A stretch of DNA of 64,000 nucleotides from Nitrospirae bacterium MYbin3 (GCA_002753335.1 PEAD01000009.1:1-64000); one strand, 5' to 3'; positions 10,266 to 20,687 are shown, counted from the first letter of the stretch. The notes: a model not told the origin generated them from the sequence alone. Numbers and translations are program-made.

Positions 10266-11765
10266 ATGGCTTATGCCCTACTCTTTTCTGTCTTCATAAT
10301 CTCCACCTGCGGTCTGGTGTATGAACTGACCGCAGGCGCGCTTGCAAGCTATCTTTTAGGCGACTCTATCACCCAATTCTCAATCATAATCGGCATATAC
10401 CTCTCTGCTATGGGATTGGGGTCATATCTGTCAAAGTATATAGTCAAGAATCTTATTCCGGTCTTTATCAAGATTGAACTACTGATCGGACTTGTAGGCG
10501 GATGTTCCGCAGCTCTGCTGTTCACGGTATTTGAGATGGCGGTTCATTTCAGGCCGGTGCTCTATTCATTAATCTCTGTAACCGGTGTGCTCGTTGGAGT
10601 TGAGATACCTCTAATAATGCGTGTTCTGAAAAACAGGTTCGAATTTAAAGACCTCGTATCGAAGGTGTTCACATTCGATTATATAGGGGCGCTGTTCGCC
10701 TCTCTTCTTTTTCCGATCTTGCTTGTGCCTCATCTCGGCCTTATACGGTCATCTTTCATGTTCGGCATAATAAATGTACTGGTAGCACTGTGGGCTACTT
10801 ATCTTTTTAAAGAAGAAACAGCACGACATAAAGAGCTTGCTTCAGCAAGTTTTATACTGCTCGCGCTGCTCGGTACGGGGTTCGTATATTCAGACAATAT
10901 CCTGCATTTTGCCGAAACATTAAATTACAAAGGAAGCATCATTTATGCCCGCTCAACACCATACCAGCGCGTAGTTCTTGCGCGGGAAGGCGACAGTCTG
11001 CAGATGTTTATAAACGGCAACCTGCAATTCAACTCCCGCGATGAATACCGGTATCATGAAGCACTAGTGCATCCGGGGCTTCAATCGCTCAAAATGCCCA
11101 AGCAAGTCCTCGTGCTTGGCGGCGGAGATGGACTTGCGGTCAGAGAAATTCTTAAATATGATCCGGTGCAATCGGTGACAGTTGTTGACCTAGACCCTGA
11201 CATTACAGGACTGTTCAAGAACAACGAGCTGCTGGTAAAGCTCAACAACAACTCATTGAACTCTCCTAAAGTTAATGTTATCAATGCCGACGCTTTTGTA
11301 TGGATGAGAGACAACAACAACAAAAGGTTCGATTTTATTGCGGTCGATTTTCCTGACCCCTCCAACTTCTCTCTAGGCAAGCTTTATACCAACACCTTCT
11401 ACAGGCTTCTTTACAATGCGCTGAACAACAATGGAGTTATAGTTATCCAGAGCACCTCACCGCTCGTGGCCAGAAAATCTTTCTGGTGCGTAGTCAACAC
11501 TCTACAATCAGTAGGATTTGAAACAACGCCTTACCATGCCTACCTACCATCATTTGGGGAATGGGGGTATATCATAGCCACCAAAAAAGCTTTTGCCGTT
11601 CCAAAGCAGTTCATTGAAGGACTAAGATTTATCACTCCGGAGTCTGCAAGATCGATGACTGAGTTCTCACCCGATATGGGTTATCTCAAAACCGAAATAA
11701 ACAAACTCAACAATCAGGCTCTGGTCAGATACTTTGAGGAAGAGTGGTCGCGATATGTACACTGA
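10266..11765 (+). CDS. Membrane-bound polyamine aminopropyltransferase (spermidine synthase-like)
   Basis: Multi-TM N-terminus (CGLVYEL), then DEYRYHEALVHP, VLGGGDG, DFPDP, PSFGEWG. Confidence 0.9.
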   Translation: MAYALLFSVFIISTCGLVYELTAGALASYLLGDSITQFSIIIGIYLSAMGLGSYLSKYIVKNLIPVFIKIELLIGLVGGCSAALLFTVFEMAVHFRPVLYSLISVTGVLVGVEIPLIMRVLKNRFEFKDLVSKVFTFDYIGALFASLLFPILLVPHLGLIRSSFMFGIINVLVALWATYLFKEETARHKELASASFILLALLGTGFVYSDNILHFAETLNYKGSIIYARSTPYQRVVLAREGDSLQMFINGNLQFNSRDEYRYHEALVHPGLQSLKMPKQVLVLGGGDGLAVREILKYDPVQSVTVVDLDPDITGLFKNNELLVKLNNNSLNSPKVNVINADAFVWMRDNNNKRFDFIAVDFPDPSNFSLGKLYTNTFYRLLYNALNNNGVIVIQSTSPLVARKSFWCVVNTLQSVGFETTPYHAYLPSFGEWGYIIATKKAFAVPKQFIEGLRFITPESARSMTEFSPDMGYLKTEINKLNNQALVRYFEEEWSRYVH

Positions 11766-11869
11766 GCTTGTGAAAAAAAACGTCGTGCAGAAAACTCATA
11801 TTGATTTGATAAGTTACACTTTCACATGCTATTTTACGCCTAAGCTCAAAAAGCAACCGAGGTGATGCC

Positions 11870-12841
11870 ATGAAAAAAAATGATGCTGCAGAATGTGATT
11901 ATATTTTAAAAAGGATTCATGAAGAAATACTTCCATTGATGGATAAAGCAATCTCTGATGATAGCGTACTTTTTAATAATGATAATTTAAAAACCTGCTG
12001 GGAAGAAAAAAATTGTGATAAAGAAGTCTGCCCTGTCCATAGCAAAAATGAACACCTCCGCTGCTGGCAGATTGCCGGCACTTACTGCGGCGGAAAAGTT
12101 CAGGGCTTCTTTGCTGAAAAGTATAAGAACTGCAAGGCGTGTGATATTTATACAGCAGCCTGCCCTACCGTAGTTGAGGAATTAGGTGAAGGCCTTAATA
12201 ATCTGCTATTTTTAATACGCAAGCAAAAAAGGTACAACGCAAAGCAGTTGGAAGAAATAAACCACCTGAACAATGAACTGTCTTCAGCCATAGAGAACCT
12301 CGATACAAAAAACAGAGCGATACAGGAGATGGTAATAACCGACAAGCTCACAGGATTGTATAATCGCAACTACCTTTTCACTGTTTTGGAAGATGAAATA
12401 TCACGCTGTCAACGATACAACACAACTTTCTCTATTTTCATGATAGATATAGATGACTTTAAAAGAGTGAACGATGAGTTCGGCCATTTGGTAGGAGATA
12501 AACTGCTGGCCTCATTGGGCGACGTGGTTAAAAAAGTGATCCGCAATACCGACCGTCCATTCAGATATGGAGGAGAAGAATTTGTAATTATCCTGCCTGA
12601 AACAGAACCCAGCATAGCAATAATAATAGCAAACAGAATAAGAACAGCATTTGAAGCTACTATCATAGAAATTGATGATGGTTCAGGCAAGAAAAATATT
12701 TCTAGGACATTAAGCCTTGGTGTTGCATTCTACAAAAAAGGAGCAACTTCTCAAGAGCTGTTAAAACAGGCTGATACAGCAATGTACACAGCAAAAGCCG
12801 AAGGTAAAAACAAAGTAATAAGATTTGATTTTCTAGACTGA
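11870..12841 (+). CDS. Diguanylate cyclase with Cys-rich two-CW N-terminal domain
   Basis: TDKLTGLYN, DIDDFK, RYGGEEF, RNTD I-site; N-terminal CWEEKNC..CP..CWQIAGTYC..CKAC. Confidence 0.9.
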   Translation: MKKNDAAECDYILKRIHEEILPLMDKAISDDSVLFNNDNLKTCWEEKNCDKEVCPVHSKNEHLRCWQIAGTYCGGKVQGFFAEKYKNCKACDIYTAACPTVVEELGEGLNNLLFLIRKQKRYNAKQLEEINHLNNELSSAIENLDTKNRAIQEMVITDKLTGLYNRNYLFTVLEDEISRCQRYNTTFSIFMIDIDDFKRVNDEFGHLVGDKLLASLGDVVKKVIRNTDRPFRYGGEEFVIILPETEPSIAIIIANRIRTAFEATIIEIDDGSGKKNISRTLSLGVAFYKKGATSQELLKQADTAMYTAKAEGKNKVIRFDFLD

Positions 12842-12859
12842 CAATCAGAATCAGCAGTT

Positions 12860-13231
12860 TCAGAAAGTCTTCAATCTGATGTGAGAACAGGCCTTTGCTT
12901 TATTAAAAAGTATTTTCTGCATCTTGCTGCGATTCTCCTTGCTGTCATGCAATAAAATCTTGCTTTCTGTAACCACCTCTTCCCAATCTCTGTATTGAAG
13001 AACATTCGTTCTGACTATCTGGGCGCAAAAGCGACCGTTCTTGCAATAATAGGTCAAGGGTTCGGAATATAATCCGGTATCAAATTTGCCATATCTGCCG
13101 ATACCAGAATCATACTTGGCCTCTTTGATGACACAATGATAGCAATCCTCGCACGTAGGGCGCATAGCCTCCTGCGACAATTCATCGTCTTTATCTTTCT
13201 TGCGTAGAAGTTTTTTTATTTTCTTAAGCAT
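12860..13231 (-). CDS. Hypothetical Cys-rich protein
   Basis: 123-aa ORF 18 nt downstream of the caspase gene on the same strand; CEDCYHC plus three more Cys. Confidence 0.55.
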   Translation of the reverse strand: MLKKIKKLLRKKDKDDELSQEAMRPTCEDCYHCVIKEAKYDSGIGRYGKFDTGLYSEPLTYYCKNGRFCAQIVRTNVLQYRDWEEVVTESKILLHDSKENRSKMQKILFNKAKACSHIRLKTF

Positions 13232-13249
13232 GCGATTATATTTTTCTGC

Positions 13250-16159
13250 CTACTTCTTAACCGCTATAGGAAAGTCAGGCACTGTATTAGGCTTTGTGGT
13301 TGTCGGTGTCTGCTTGCCTCCTGTAAGCTCCTTTACTCTTTCTGCTATATAAGCATCCAAGGTGTTGACCGTAATCTTGCCTTTGCCCATGAGGTCCGCC
13401 TTGCCGCTGACCCCCTCAACAAGGGCTTTGGTGAAAGCGCCATTGTTCCATTTGTCATTTTCGAGAGAGTATTGCTTGCCTGTTGATGATGCAAATACCA
13501 CCGCCCCGTTTTCTGCGCTTGATAGTTCATTGACCACCGCAGTTATGTCGGTTCCGCCGCGTCTTGAGCCCATAACATTTCCTGAATGGCATGTGTCAAC
13601 AAAAAGCACAGTCTTGCCTGCAAGCGAAGCCACTGTGTTTTTGATGTCTGAGAAGGCAACGCCTGTTCTTTTGAGTTTTTCAAGGTTTGCGTTGACCGGC
13701 AGATAATAATAAACTCCGCTTTGGTCATTAACCCCATGCCCTGCTATGAATACCATGGCAATGTCTTTGCTTGTGGTTTCTTTCTGCAGCCATTCAAGCC
13801 CATCCAGAATATCTTCTTTTGTTGCCATGCTGTCTGATAGAACCTTTGCTACCACTTCCCTGTAAAGCATACCTCTCTGCTTCTTCATAGCTTCAGCAAA
13901 ATCTTTGGCGTCTTTGGCAGGATATTTAAGCTTAAGATCCTTGTCCTGATAGGCGCTGACTCCTATTGAAAGAACATACAGTTTAGGCTGAATAATATAC
14001 TCATCTTTTTTCTTGCCTGCCCACCTAACCCTTATCGTAGAAGGCTCGCTTGCTGAGTATCTATTTTCGGCAATGAGAGATATTTCGGAATCTCTTTCGG
14101 GAACGGTTATACTTAATTCGCCAGTTTCTCCACCCTTAGGCTTCACAGTTACACCACGCTCCGAAGACACAGGCCTGCCGTCAACAAGGGCCTTTATAGA
14201 TGTAACCGGTTCACCTGAAGGCGTACGGACTGTGTACCGAATCTTCAATTCTGAAGATTGTATCGGAACATTATCCGTAGGGCTGACGATCGAGATCACA
14301 GGAGGCAATTGCTGCCGAACAGTGAGTTCCTGCTTTTTCCTGCCCGACTCTTCATTTGCCCATTTTACAGCTTCGTCCTCACTGCCGGCTTCGGTTATTT
14401 TTGCGATGATATCCGGACGATATAAGCTTGCCCTGAAACGAGAGGCAGGGAAGAAATCTGCCTCTCTGTCTTTACCCTGATTTACATGCCACCCTACAAG
14501 TTCATCAGCACCGGCAGAGGCATCGTAATAGCCTTTAGGGCTCCATGCAACCCATCGCTTCCTATCTTTATGCGGGAATAATGCGATTAGTTCCTTGCCG
14601 TCCGTCATACGATACCAGCGGATTGTTCCGTCTCCAAAAGCCGCAACAGCCATTTTTCCGTTTCCTGATATATTAACAGCCCATACCACTCCAGGGGTTG
14701 AGGTATTCCAGATTTCTGTGCCGTTTCTGTCAAAAAGGTGTAAGTACCATAATGTTCCCAAAAGAAAGCTTTCTCCTGACGGAGAGATGGCAAGACTGCA
14801 GGACCACTCGTACTGCTTTAGCTTTAAAGGTGTGCCATTAATTTTTGCATTGTAGGCGTATTTCCAATCTGATACATCAATGCCCAAGTATGAGGTTATG
14901 GGTGCTGAGAGTTCATAGTTGCTAATAGAGGATGCAGACTCTGGGGTTAAAAGACTTTCTTTCAAAGAAAAATAGGCTGGAGATTTTCCCCATACTTCAT
15001 ATCCAAACCGCACAATAGATCCATCGTACGAGACAAGGAACTCTTTCTGGCTATCTCGGTAATCGGCTATAGAGGCGGTCTTGTAGACGGTTCTTTCATC
15101 ATCCGCGTTTATAATGCCAAAAGCAGGATCGTAGGCTCCAAAAGCAATACCACCGTTTTTTAGCGGAAGAAGATGCATTATAGTACTTGTCGCCCCTTTT
15201 AGATCTTTTGGCCTGCCCCGACCTTCGTCTGGCCATTTAAGTATTGGGCATTCACCGCCTTTGCCATGCCGCCCCCCGGCATACAAAGATCTGCCGTCAT
15301 AAGACCAGGTGACACTATTGACGTTTATATTTACCCCTGATGTATCAGGAGAGTAAAGATACGAGAGGTCTTTACCTGATAGAACATCCACTTTTGTTGA
15401 ATCAGCATATCCCACAGCTATCTTGCCCCCATCATAAGAATATGAACCCGAAAAACTTACAGAAAATGGTTCTTTACCGCCTCTGCCTTTTTCCTTGGCG
15501 ATTAATTTCAGCGGTTTATTGCCTGATACCACATTATAAAGGCGAATATAACCGTCGTATGATACGGTCACAAGGCGTCCATTGCGGTCAAAATCGGCTC
15601 CGTAGATGTCGTTGCCATAATCCTTGTCTTCACCGATTAGACTGTAATCAGAAGTTTTGTAAAGACGTATGCCATTATTTACAACAAGGCAGGCAACTAG
15701 GTATCTGCCATCTTTTGAATATGCAAGATGGTCGATTGCACCGGATATACCTGTTATCCTCTGTTTAAGCCTGCCGCTTGAACGGTCAAAAAGATATATG
15801 TATGCCTTCCCTTCCCAATCCCAGCCTGTCCATCCACCTGCAGCCACAGTATTCCCATCAGGGGATATAGCCACCGCATATACTTTGCCTTCATTGCCTC
15901 CCCCAATCGGAGGCCTTAATGTTTTTATAAGCCTTCCTGTAGATACATCCCATACGCCGACTGTTTTGTCATCGGATGCGGTGACCAGATAACGGTTGTC
16001 CGCATCAATGCCTATTCGTCCTATCTTTGACGTATGCATTCCGCTTTCTATGCGAAGTATAGGCTCCGTTGGCGGCTCGGCTGCAACCAGGCATGACGCG
16101 TCAATAAAAATAAAACCAACAAGAATAAACCAGACAAATGAGCAGATATATTTCACCAA
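13250..16159 (-). CDS. Exported WD40-repeat caspase-family (peptidase C14) protein
   Basis: Signal peptide, many WD40 repeats, C-terminal FIAGHG and VDTCHSG dyad; GGAGG RBS. Confidence 0.9.
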   Translation of the reverse strand: MVKYICSFVWFILVGFIFIDASCLVAAEPPTEPILRIESGMHTSKIGRIGIDADNRYLVTASDDKTVGVWDVSTGRLIKTLRPPIGGGNEGKVYAVAISPDGNTVAAGGWTGWDWEGKAYIYLFDRSSGRLKQRITGISGAIDHLAYSKDGRYLVACLVVNNGIRLYKTSDYSLIGEDKDYGNDIYGADFDRNGRLVTVSYDGYIRLYNVVSGNKPLKLIAKEKGRGGKEPFSVSFSGSYSYDGGKIAVGYADSTKVDVLSGKDLSYLYSPDTSGVNINVNSVTWSYDGRSLYAGGRHGKGGECPILKWPDEGRGRPKDLKGATSTIMHLLPLKNGGIAFGAYDPAFGIINADDERTVYKTASIADYRDSQKEFLVSYDGSIVRFGYEVWGKSPAYFSLKESLLTPESASSISNYELSAPITSYLGIDVSDWKYAYNAKINGTPLKLKQYEWSCSLAISPSGESFLLGTLWYLHLFDRNGTEIWNTSTPGVVWAVNISGNGKMAVAAFGDGTIRWYRMTDGKELIALFPHKDRKRWVAWSPKGYYDASAGADELVGWHVNQGKDREADFFPASRFRASLYRPDIIAKITEAGSEDEAVKWANEESGRKKQELTVRQQLPPVISIVSPTDNVPIQSSELKIRYTVRTPSGEPVTSIKALVDGRPVSSERGVTVKPKGGETGELSITVPERDSEISLIAENRYSASEPSTIRVRWAGKKKDEYIIQPKLYVLSIGVSAYQDKDLKLKYPAKDAKDFAEAMKKQRGMLYREVVAKVLSDSMATKEDILDGLEWLQKETTSKDIAMVFIAGHGVNDQSGVYYYLPVNANLEKLKRTGVAFSDIKNTVASLAGKTVLFVDTCHSGNVMGSRRGGTDITAVVNELSSAENGAVVFASSTGKQYSLENDKWNNGAFTKALVEGVSGKADLMGKGKITVNTLDAYIAERVKELTGGKQTPTTTKPNTVPDFPIAVKK

Positions 16160-16337
16160 TGTCCCTCCATGAAAACAGTAGCCTCAAACATAAACAAACA
16201 GATAAATAAACTATACAATATTTTGCAGCATATGTGGAATTCAAAGTGCGCTTTTAAGACCTGCATTGATAAGCGTCTCTTTCTCATGTTAATTTAGTTT
16301 CATTGTGATGCGCAATAAAACTGGGGAGGAATAAGTC

Positions 16338-17573
16338 TTGTCACGCATTTATAGATACGACAACAGCGAGCGCTATATTCCTATTAATCTCGACGAACTT
16401 GTAACAGGAGCACAAGTCCCTTTCGAAATATTCACCTTTGACGGCACTATATATAAATCTCTGCTCGATAAGGGTGCCACCTACAGTTACTATGTGCAAA
16501 GAATGATAGAGAATCAAGCTTTGAGCAAATTTTATATAAGACAGGGCAGCGCCCTTAATTTTGATGAATACATGCATAACGCAGCAAAACTGAAAAAGAT
16601 GCTTCTTGAGCCTGACTTTTTTAACTCGCGGTATAAAACCTTCAGAGACAAATGGTTCATTGTGGATAAACAAGTGATTAATTCAGGAATACCTTTCAAA
16701 ATACCGCTCGCTGGTCTCAGATTTCCTTTATTCGGAGAAATACCTTTCGCTATTGACAGCAACGAAGCATACAGAAATCTGCTCGACCTTAATTCTGACA
16801 TTGCGGTACGCAAACAGGATATTGATGCATATTACACATATCTAGATGCAGTACTAGATGTAGAAGATATCGAAGACCCTTTATTAAAGCTGCGGTGCCG
16901 TCGAGAAAAGCTCAATATCTGGTGCTACAGATTGTTCGAGGAGGCGCGCAACAATTCAATTTCACAAGATACTTTGCTGAAGCTCTACAAACACATAAGT
17001 ATCGTCATGACACTTATGGCAAATGATTTCAGCTATGCCGGCAAATTCCTTTTTTTTGATGTCTCGGACGTTTTCTTATGCATCCACTCCACAAATGTCT
17101 GCGTTATGTCCCTGATGTATGGACTAGCAACAAAAATGGACAATGCTTCAATCCTTAATCTGGGAATAGCCGCGATGCTCCATGATTTGGGGCGTGTTGC
17201 CATTGATGATGACATAACCGAAAATGCAACAGTTGAAATGGACCGAGAAATCTACAGGTCCCACGTAATAAAAGGCAAAGAATTACTCGACCCTCATAAA
17301 GAGGTTCCAAAAGTTGCAAAGATTGTGGCGCTGACTCATCATGAACGGCAGGATGGCAGCGGCTATGTGTCAGGCCTTGCAGGAGATGAGATTCCGCAGT
17401 TTTCGAAAATAGTATCCTTGGCAGACACCTTTGAAAACTATAGAGTGACAGACTTTAAGCATACATCCATAAAGCGCACAAAAATCATTGGCGAAATGGC
17501 GCATCAGGAACATCTCTTCGACCCTGATATGCTCAAGGAGTTCATTGGTTTTATTGCCCGAATAACGATATAG
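16338..17573 (+). CDS. HD-GYP-like phosphohydrolase
   Basis: LHDLG, HHERQDGSGYV (GYP variant), LADTF; TTG start after GGAGG. Confidence 0.8.
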   Translation: MSRIYRYDNSERYIPINLDELVTGAQVPFEIFTFDGTIYKSLLDKGATYSYYVQRMIENQALSKFYIRQGSALNFDEYMHNAAKLKKMLLEPDFFNSRYKTFRDKWFIVDKQVINSGIPFKIPLAGLRFPLFGEIPFAIDSNEAYRNLLDLNSDIAVRKQDIDAYYTYLDAVLDVEDIEDPLLKLRCRREKLNIWCYRLFEEARNNSISQDTLLKLYKHISIVMTLMANDFSYAGKFLFFDVSDVFLCIHSTNVCVMSLMYGLATKMDNASILNLGIAAMLHDLGRVAIDDDITENATVEMDREIYRSHVIKGKELLDPHKEVPKVAKIVALTHHERQDGSGYVSGLAGDEIPQFSKIVSLADTFENYRVTDFKHTSIKRTKIIGEMAHQEHLFDPDMLKEFIGFIARITI

Positions 17574-17604
17574 GCATCTGTAATAAATGCATCTGGAGGC
17601 TTGA

Positions 17605-18267
17605 ATGGACTTTATGCTGAATGATATCGAGGCCCGCGTACTAGGTTGTCTTATCGAAAAAGAAAAGACAACACCGGACTATTATCCCCTTACCCTTAAT
17701 TCACTCTGCGTTGCCTGCAACCAAAAGTCCAACAGGCATCCGGTTGTAACCTATGAGGAAACCACAGTAGTTAGAGGTCTTGATGGACTAAGGGACAAGC
17801 ATCTCGCAGAAAAGGTGCATCTCGTAGACAGCAGGCTTCCAAAATATCGTCATCTCATGCAAAAAAAGCTCGAACTCTCGGAAGCTGAAACAGCTATCCT
17901 CTGTGAACTTCTTCTGCGCGGGCCGCAGACAACAGGAGAGCTACGTGGGCGCGCCGACAGAATGCATTCTTTTTCAAGTATTGATGAGGTCGAAACTGTA
18001 ATGAAAGGCTTGGAAGAACGTGATGCTCCCTTGATTATAAAGCTTCCGCGCCAGGTTGGACAAAAAGAGCGTCGGTATATACACTTGCTCTGCGGAGAGC
18101 CGCTTGATTCTGTATCTACTGCTGAACTTCCCGAAGAAGATGCAACAAAAAAAGTACGTGATGAGGGCTCAAGAATCTCGCGTCTTGAATCCGAAATCTC
18201 CCAAATTAGGGCCGACATTGATCAACTGAAAAAAACATTTGATGATTGGAGAAAACAGTTTGAATAA
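17605..18267 (+). CDS. YceH/DUF480 family protein
   Basis: EARVLGCLIEK..TTPDYYPLTLN..ACNQKSNR, LLLRGPQTTGELR. Confidence 0.92.
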   Translation: MDFMLNDIEARVLGCLIEKEKTTPDYYPLTLNSLCVACNQKSNRHPVVTYEETTVVRGLDGLRDKHLAEKVHLVDSRLPKYRHLMQKKLELSEAETAILCELLLRGPQTTGELRGRADRMHSFSSIDEVETVMKGLEERDAPLIIKLPRQVGQKERRYIHLLCGEPLDSVSTAELPEEDATKKVRDEGSRISRLESEISQIRADIDQLKKTFDDWRKQFE

Positions 18268-18285
18268 TTTACGAACAGGTAAAAC

Positions 18286-18627
18286 ATGCCGGAAGAAAAG
18301 TCAAAGCTAGTCTATTCCACAGACAGCGCTGTTCCCAGAAAAGAAAAATCGGTTGAGATAAAATTAAAGCCAACCCTGGATACTTCTCGGCAGAGCGTTA
18401 TTGTGCGGCTCGACCGCAAGGGAAGAGCCGGGAAGTCGGTCACGATAATTGAAGGCCTCCAGATTCCGGCAGATGCCAGAGAAAAACTCCTAAAGAAATT
18501 AAAGTCAGGACTTGGCACAGGCGGCACAGTCAAGGATATGACTATTGAAATTCAGGGAGATCACTGCGACGCAATCATTTCAGCATTGACAGAAATGTGC
18601 TATAAGCCTAAACGGTCAGGTGGCTGA
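18286..18627 (+). CDS. Translation initiation factor SUI1/YciH
   Basis: LVYSTD, RKGRAGKSVT, GTGGTVK, IEIQGDH. Confidence 0.9.
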   Translation: MPEEKSKLVYSTDSAVPRKEKSVEIKLKPTLDTSRQSVIVRLDRKGRAGKSVTIIEGLQIPADAREKLLKKLKSGLGTGGTVKDMTIEIQGDHCDAIISALTEMCYKPKRSGG

Positions 18628-18632
18628 GAGAT

Positions 18633-18662
18633 AAAAAAAAGGGAGCGCAATGCGCTCCCTTT
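18633..18662 (-). terminator. Intrinsic terminator after cooS, possibly bidirectional
   Basis: AAAAAAAAGGGAGCGCA-A-TGCGCTCCCTTT hairpin between convergent genes; 8-U tail on the minus strand. Confidence 0.85.
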
Positions 18663-18685
18663 AAAACGGTTTGGAATCCGCTGTT

Positions 18686-20662
18686 CTAAAGCCCTACATG
18701 AGGCTTTGCTGCTTTCATTTCACGCCTTGCTGTCATATCCATAAGAACCTTCTCTGTCGTAAACTTGCCCGGCTCGTACTTCTTTAACTTGAGCGCAGCC
18801 CTTGCCTTGTCGATATAATCAAGAGCTGTAGCAAGCATCTTTTCTGGATCCGGTTCAAACACAAAGGCTCCTCTGTATCTCTCAAACCAGACTTCTGTGA
18901 GAATCCTCGTGACCTCTTTAGAAGCCTTAACAGGAGATTCTCCGCCGAATATGACAGGAACACCCGAAGCCGCAAAATAGGCTCCGATCGAGACCGCTTT
19001 TTCGGTAATCCATTCAGGAGCAATACCTACAGCAGGCATTCCTCCAATTTCATCCGAAAGACCGCCTTCTGCAGCCATTGCGGTGGCTATTGTAAGTATC
19101 CTCGTATTGTCAACACAGGCTCCGAGATGCAGAATCGGCGGAATCCCTATAGCTTCGCAAACCTCACGCAGACCGGGGCCTGCATTTTCGAGCGCCATCT
19201 CAGGAGTCAGATACCCTGCGCCGCCGCATGCCGCTGAACTGCAGCCGGTAGAGACGATAAGAACGTCATTCTTTATCAACTCTGTAGCAAGGTATCTGTG
19301 GATACCCGTAGAAGGCCATCTTGGATTGTCGCATCCTGCAAGACCGACCACTCCGCGCACTCTTCCGGCTATAATAGCATCATTCAGTGGCCTGAAAGAG
19401 CCTCTGTACTTGCCGCCCTGCATATATTCTATGTACTCATGTGAGAAGCCGCCGACCATAGTAGATTTTTCGGTTATAAAGCTTCCCTTCTTGGTCCTGT
19501 TCGGGTAGTTGTCGATCGCAAGTCTAACAATCTGACGCGCCTGGTCTTTTGCTATATGCTCGTCAAACGGAATATGAACAGCTCCCGGAATCTTAACCTT
19601 ATCGGATGAAGTTATAATCTTTGTATGGAACTTCTTTGCAACATCCACAATCGCAGGAATAATACACTGAACGTCAACAGTAAACGCATCAATAAGACCG
19701 GTCATGATAGCCGGCTCCTGGTTCGTGAATCCGCCTGCAGTTGCTATGCCATGTCTCATTAGAACTTCGTTTGCGGTGCAGCACATTCCGCCCAAGTTGA
19801 TGCCTTTAGCTCCCTTTGATTTAGCATATTCTATAAGCTCTGGTTCACTTACAGCCTCAACGATCATCTCTGCAAGAGAAGGCTCATGGCCATGAACTAT
19901 TATGTTTACCTCATCCTCTCTGAATATGCCAAGACTCGCCTCGGCCCTTACCGGCATCGGCGTACCAAACAGGATATCGGTGACATCAGTAGATATCATA
20001 CTGCCGCCCCAACCGTTTGCAAGTGAGCAGCGAAGCGCAGCATCCAAAATCGATTCCGGATCAGCGTCCATTCCCATCGTGGTCCTGTCCATTACCTCAG
20101 CTATTTCCCTATCCATTCCTCTAGGAACAATGCCGTACTTCTTCCAGCGGTCCTGAGTTTTCTTCGGAGCGCGTTTAATGAAATTCATCTCTCCCCTCTG
20201 ACGGCCAAAATCCTCAAGAATCTTTGTTGCGACATCCTTAGCAACATCAAGAACAGGCCTGCCTTCAAACTCAATTCCTAAAATGTCGGCAGTTCTGTAA
20301 AGTTTCTTAACATCTTTCACCTGAAAATCTTTTGCATGTCCTTCTGCTACGGCAAGAAGTGTAAATGCCATATCTCTGCCGTGATCGCCGTGGCATGCTG
20401 TTCCTGCAGCAACCATGCGTGCAAAATACCTTGCAGTAACAACAGGCAGCTTGGCTCCGCAAACACCTTTCATGGTGTTCTCTGCATCCTTGCCAACAAG
20501 CCTGCATGGCCCCATGTGACAATTCTTGCAGCAGGCCCCTTCATGTCCGATAGGACAGGGTTTCATCTTATCTGCCCTGTCAAAACAGGTCTCCATATCA
20601 GGCATGCTGTCAATGATTTTTTCTGTACCAGACTGTGCCGTTCTTATTTTTTTCTTTTCCAT
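18686..20662 (-). CDS. cooS: Anaerobic Ni,Fe carbon monoxide dehydrogenase catalytic subunit
   Basis: CPIG..GACCKNCHMGPC, HGHEP, CCTANE, VDVQC, GCDNP, TGC, GACVDN cluster ligands. Confidence 0.96.
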   Translation of the reverse strand: MEKKKIRTAQSGTEKIIDSMPDMETCFDRADKMKPCPIGHEGACCKNCHMGPCRLVGKDAENTMKGVCGAKLPVVTARYFARMVAAGTACHGDHGRDMAFTLLAVAEGHAKDFQVKDVKKLYRTADILGIEFEGRPVLDVAKDVATKILEDFGRQRGEMNFIKRAPKKTQDRWKKYGIVPRGMDREIAEVMDRTTMGMDADPESILDAALRCSLANGWGGSMISTDVTDILFGTPMPVRAEASLGIFREDEVNIIVHGHEPSLAEMIVEAVSEPELIEYAKSKGAKGINLGGMCCTANEVLMRHGIATAGGFTNQEPAIMTGLIDAFTVDVQCIIPAIVDVAKKFHTKIITSSDKVKIPGAVHIPFDEHIAKDQARQIVRLAIDNYPNRTKKGSFITEKSTMVGGFSHEYIEYMQGGKYRGSFRPLNDAIIAGRVRGVVGLAGCDNPRWPSTGIHRYLATELIKNDVLIVSTGCSSAACGGAGYLTPEMALENAGPGLREVCEAIGIPPILHLGACVDNTRILTIATAMAAEGGLSDEIGGMPAVGIAPEWITEKAVSIGAYFAASGVPVIFGGESPVKASKEVTRILTEVWFERYRGAFVFEPDPEKMLATALDYIDKARAALKLKKYEPGKFTTEKVLMDMTARREMKAAKPHVGL

Positions 20663-20687
20663 TTATATTCTCCTCAGTTTGATTTAT

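Noticed and set aside
13250..16159. Gasdermin-, CBASS- or Avs-type defence system around the caspases
   Set aside because: No gasdermin, CD-NTase, STAND NTPase or TIR partner recognised, and the caspases carry export signals
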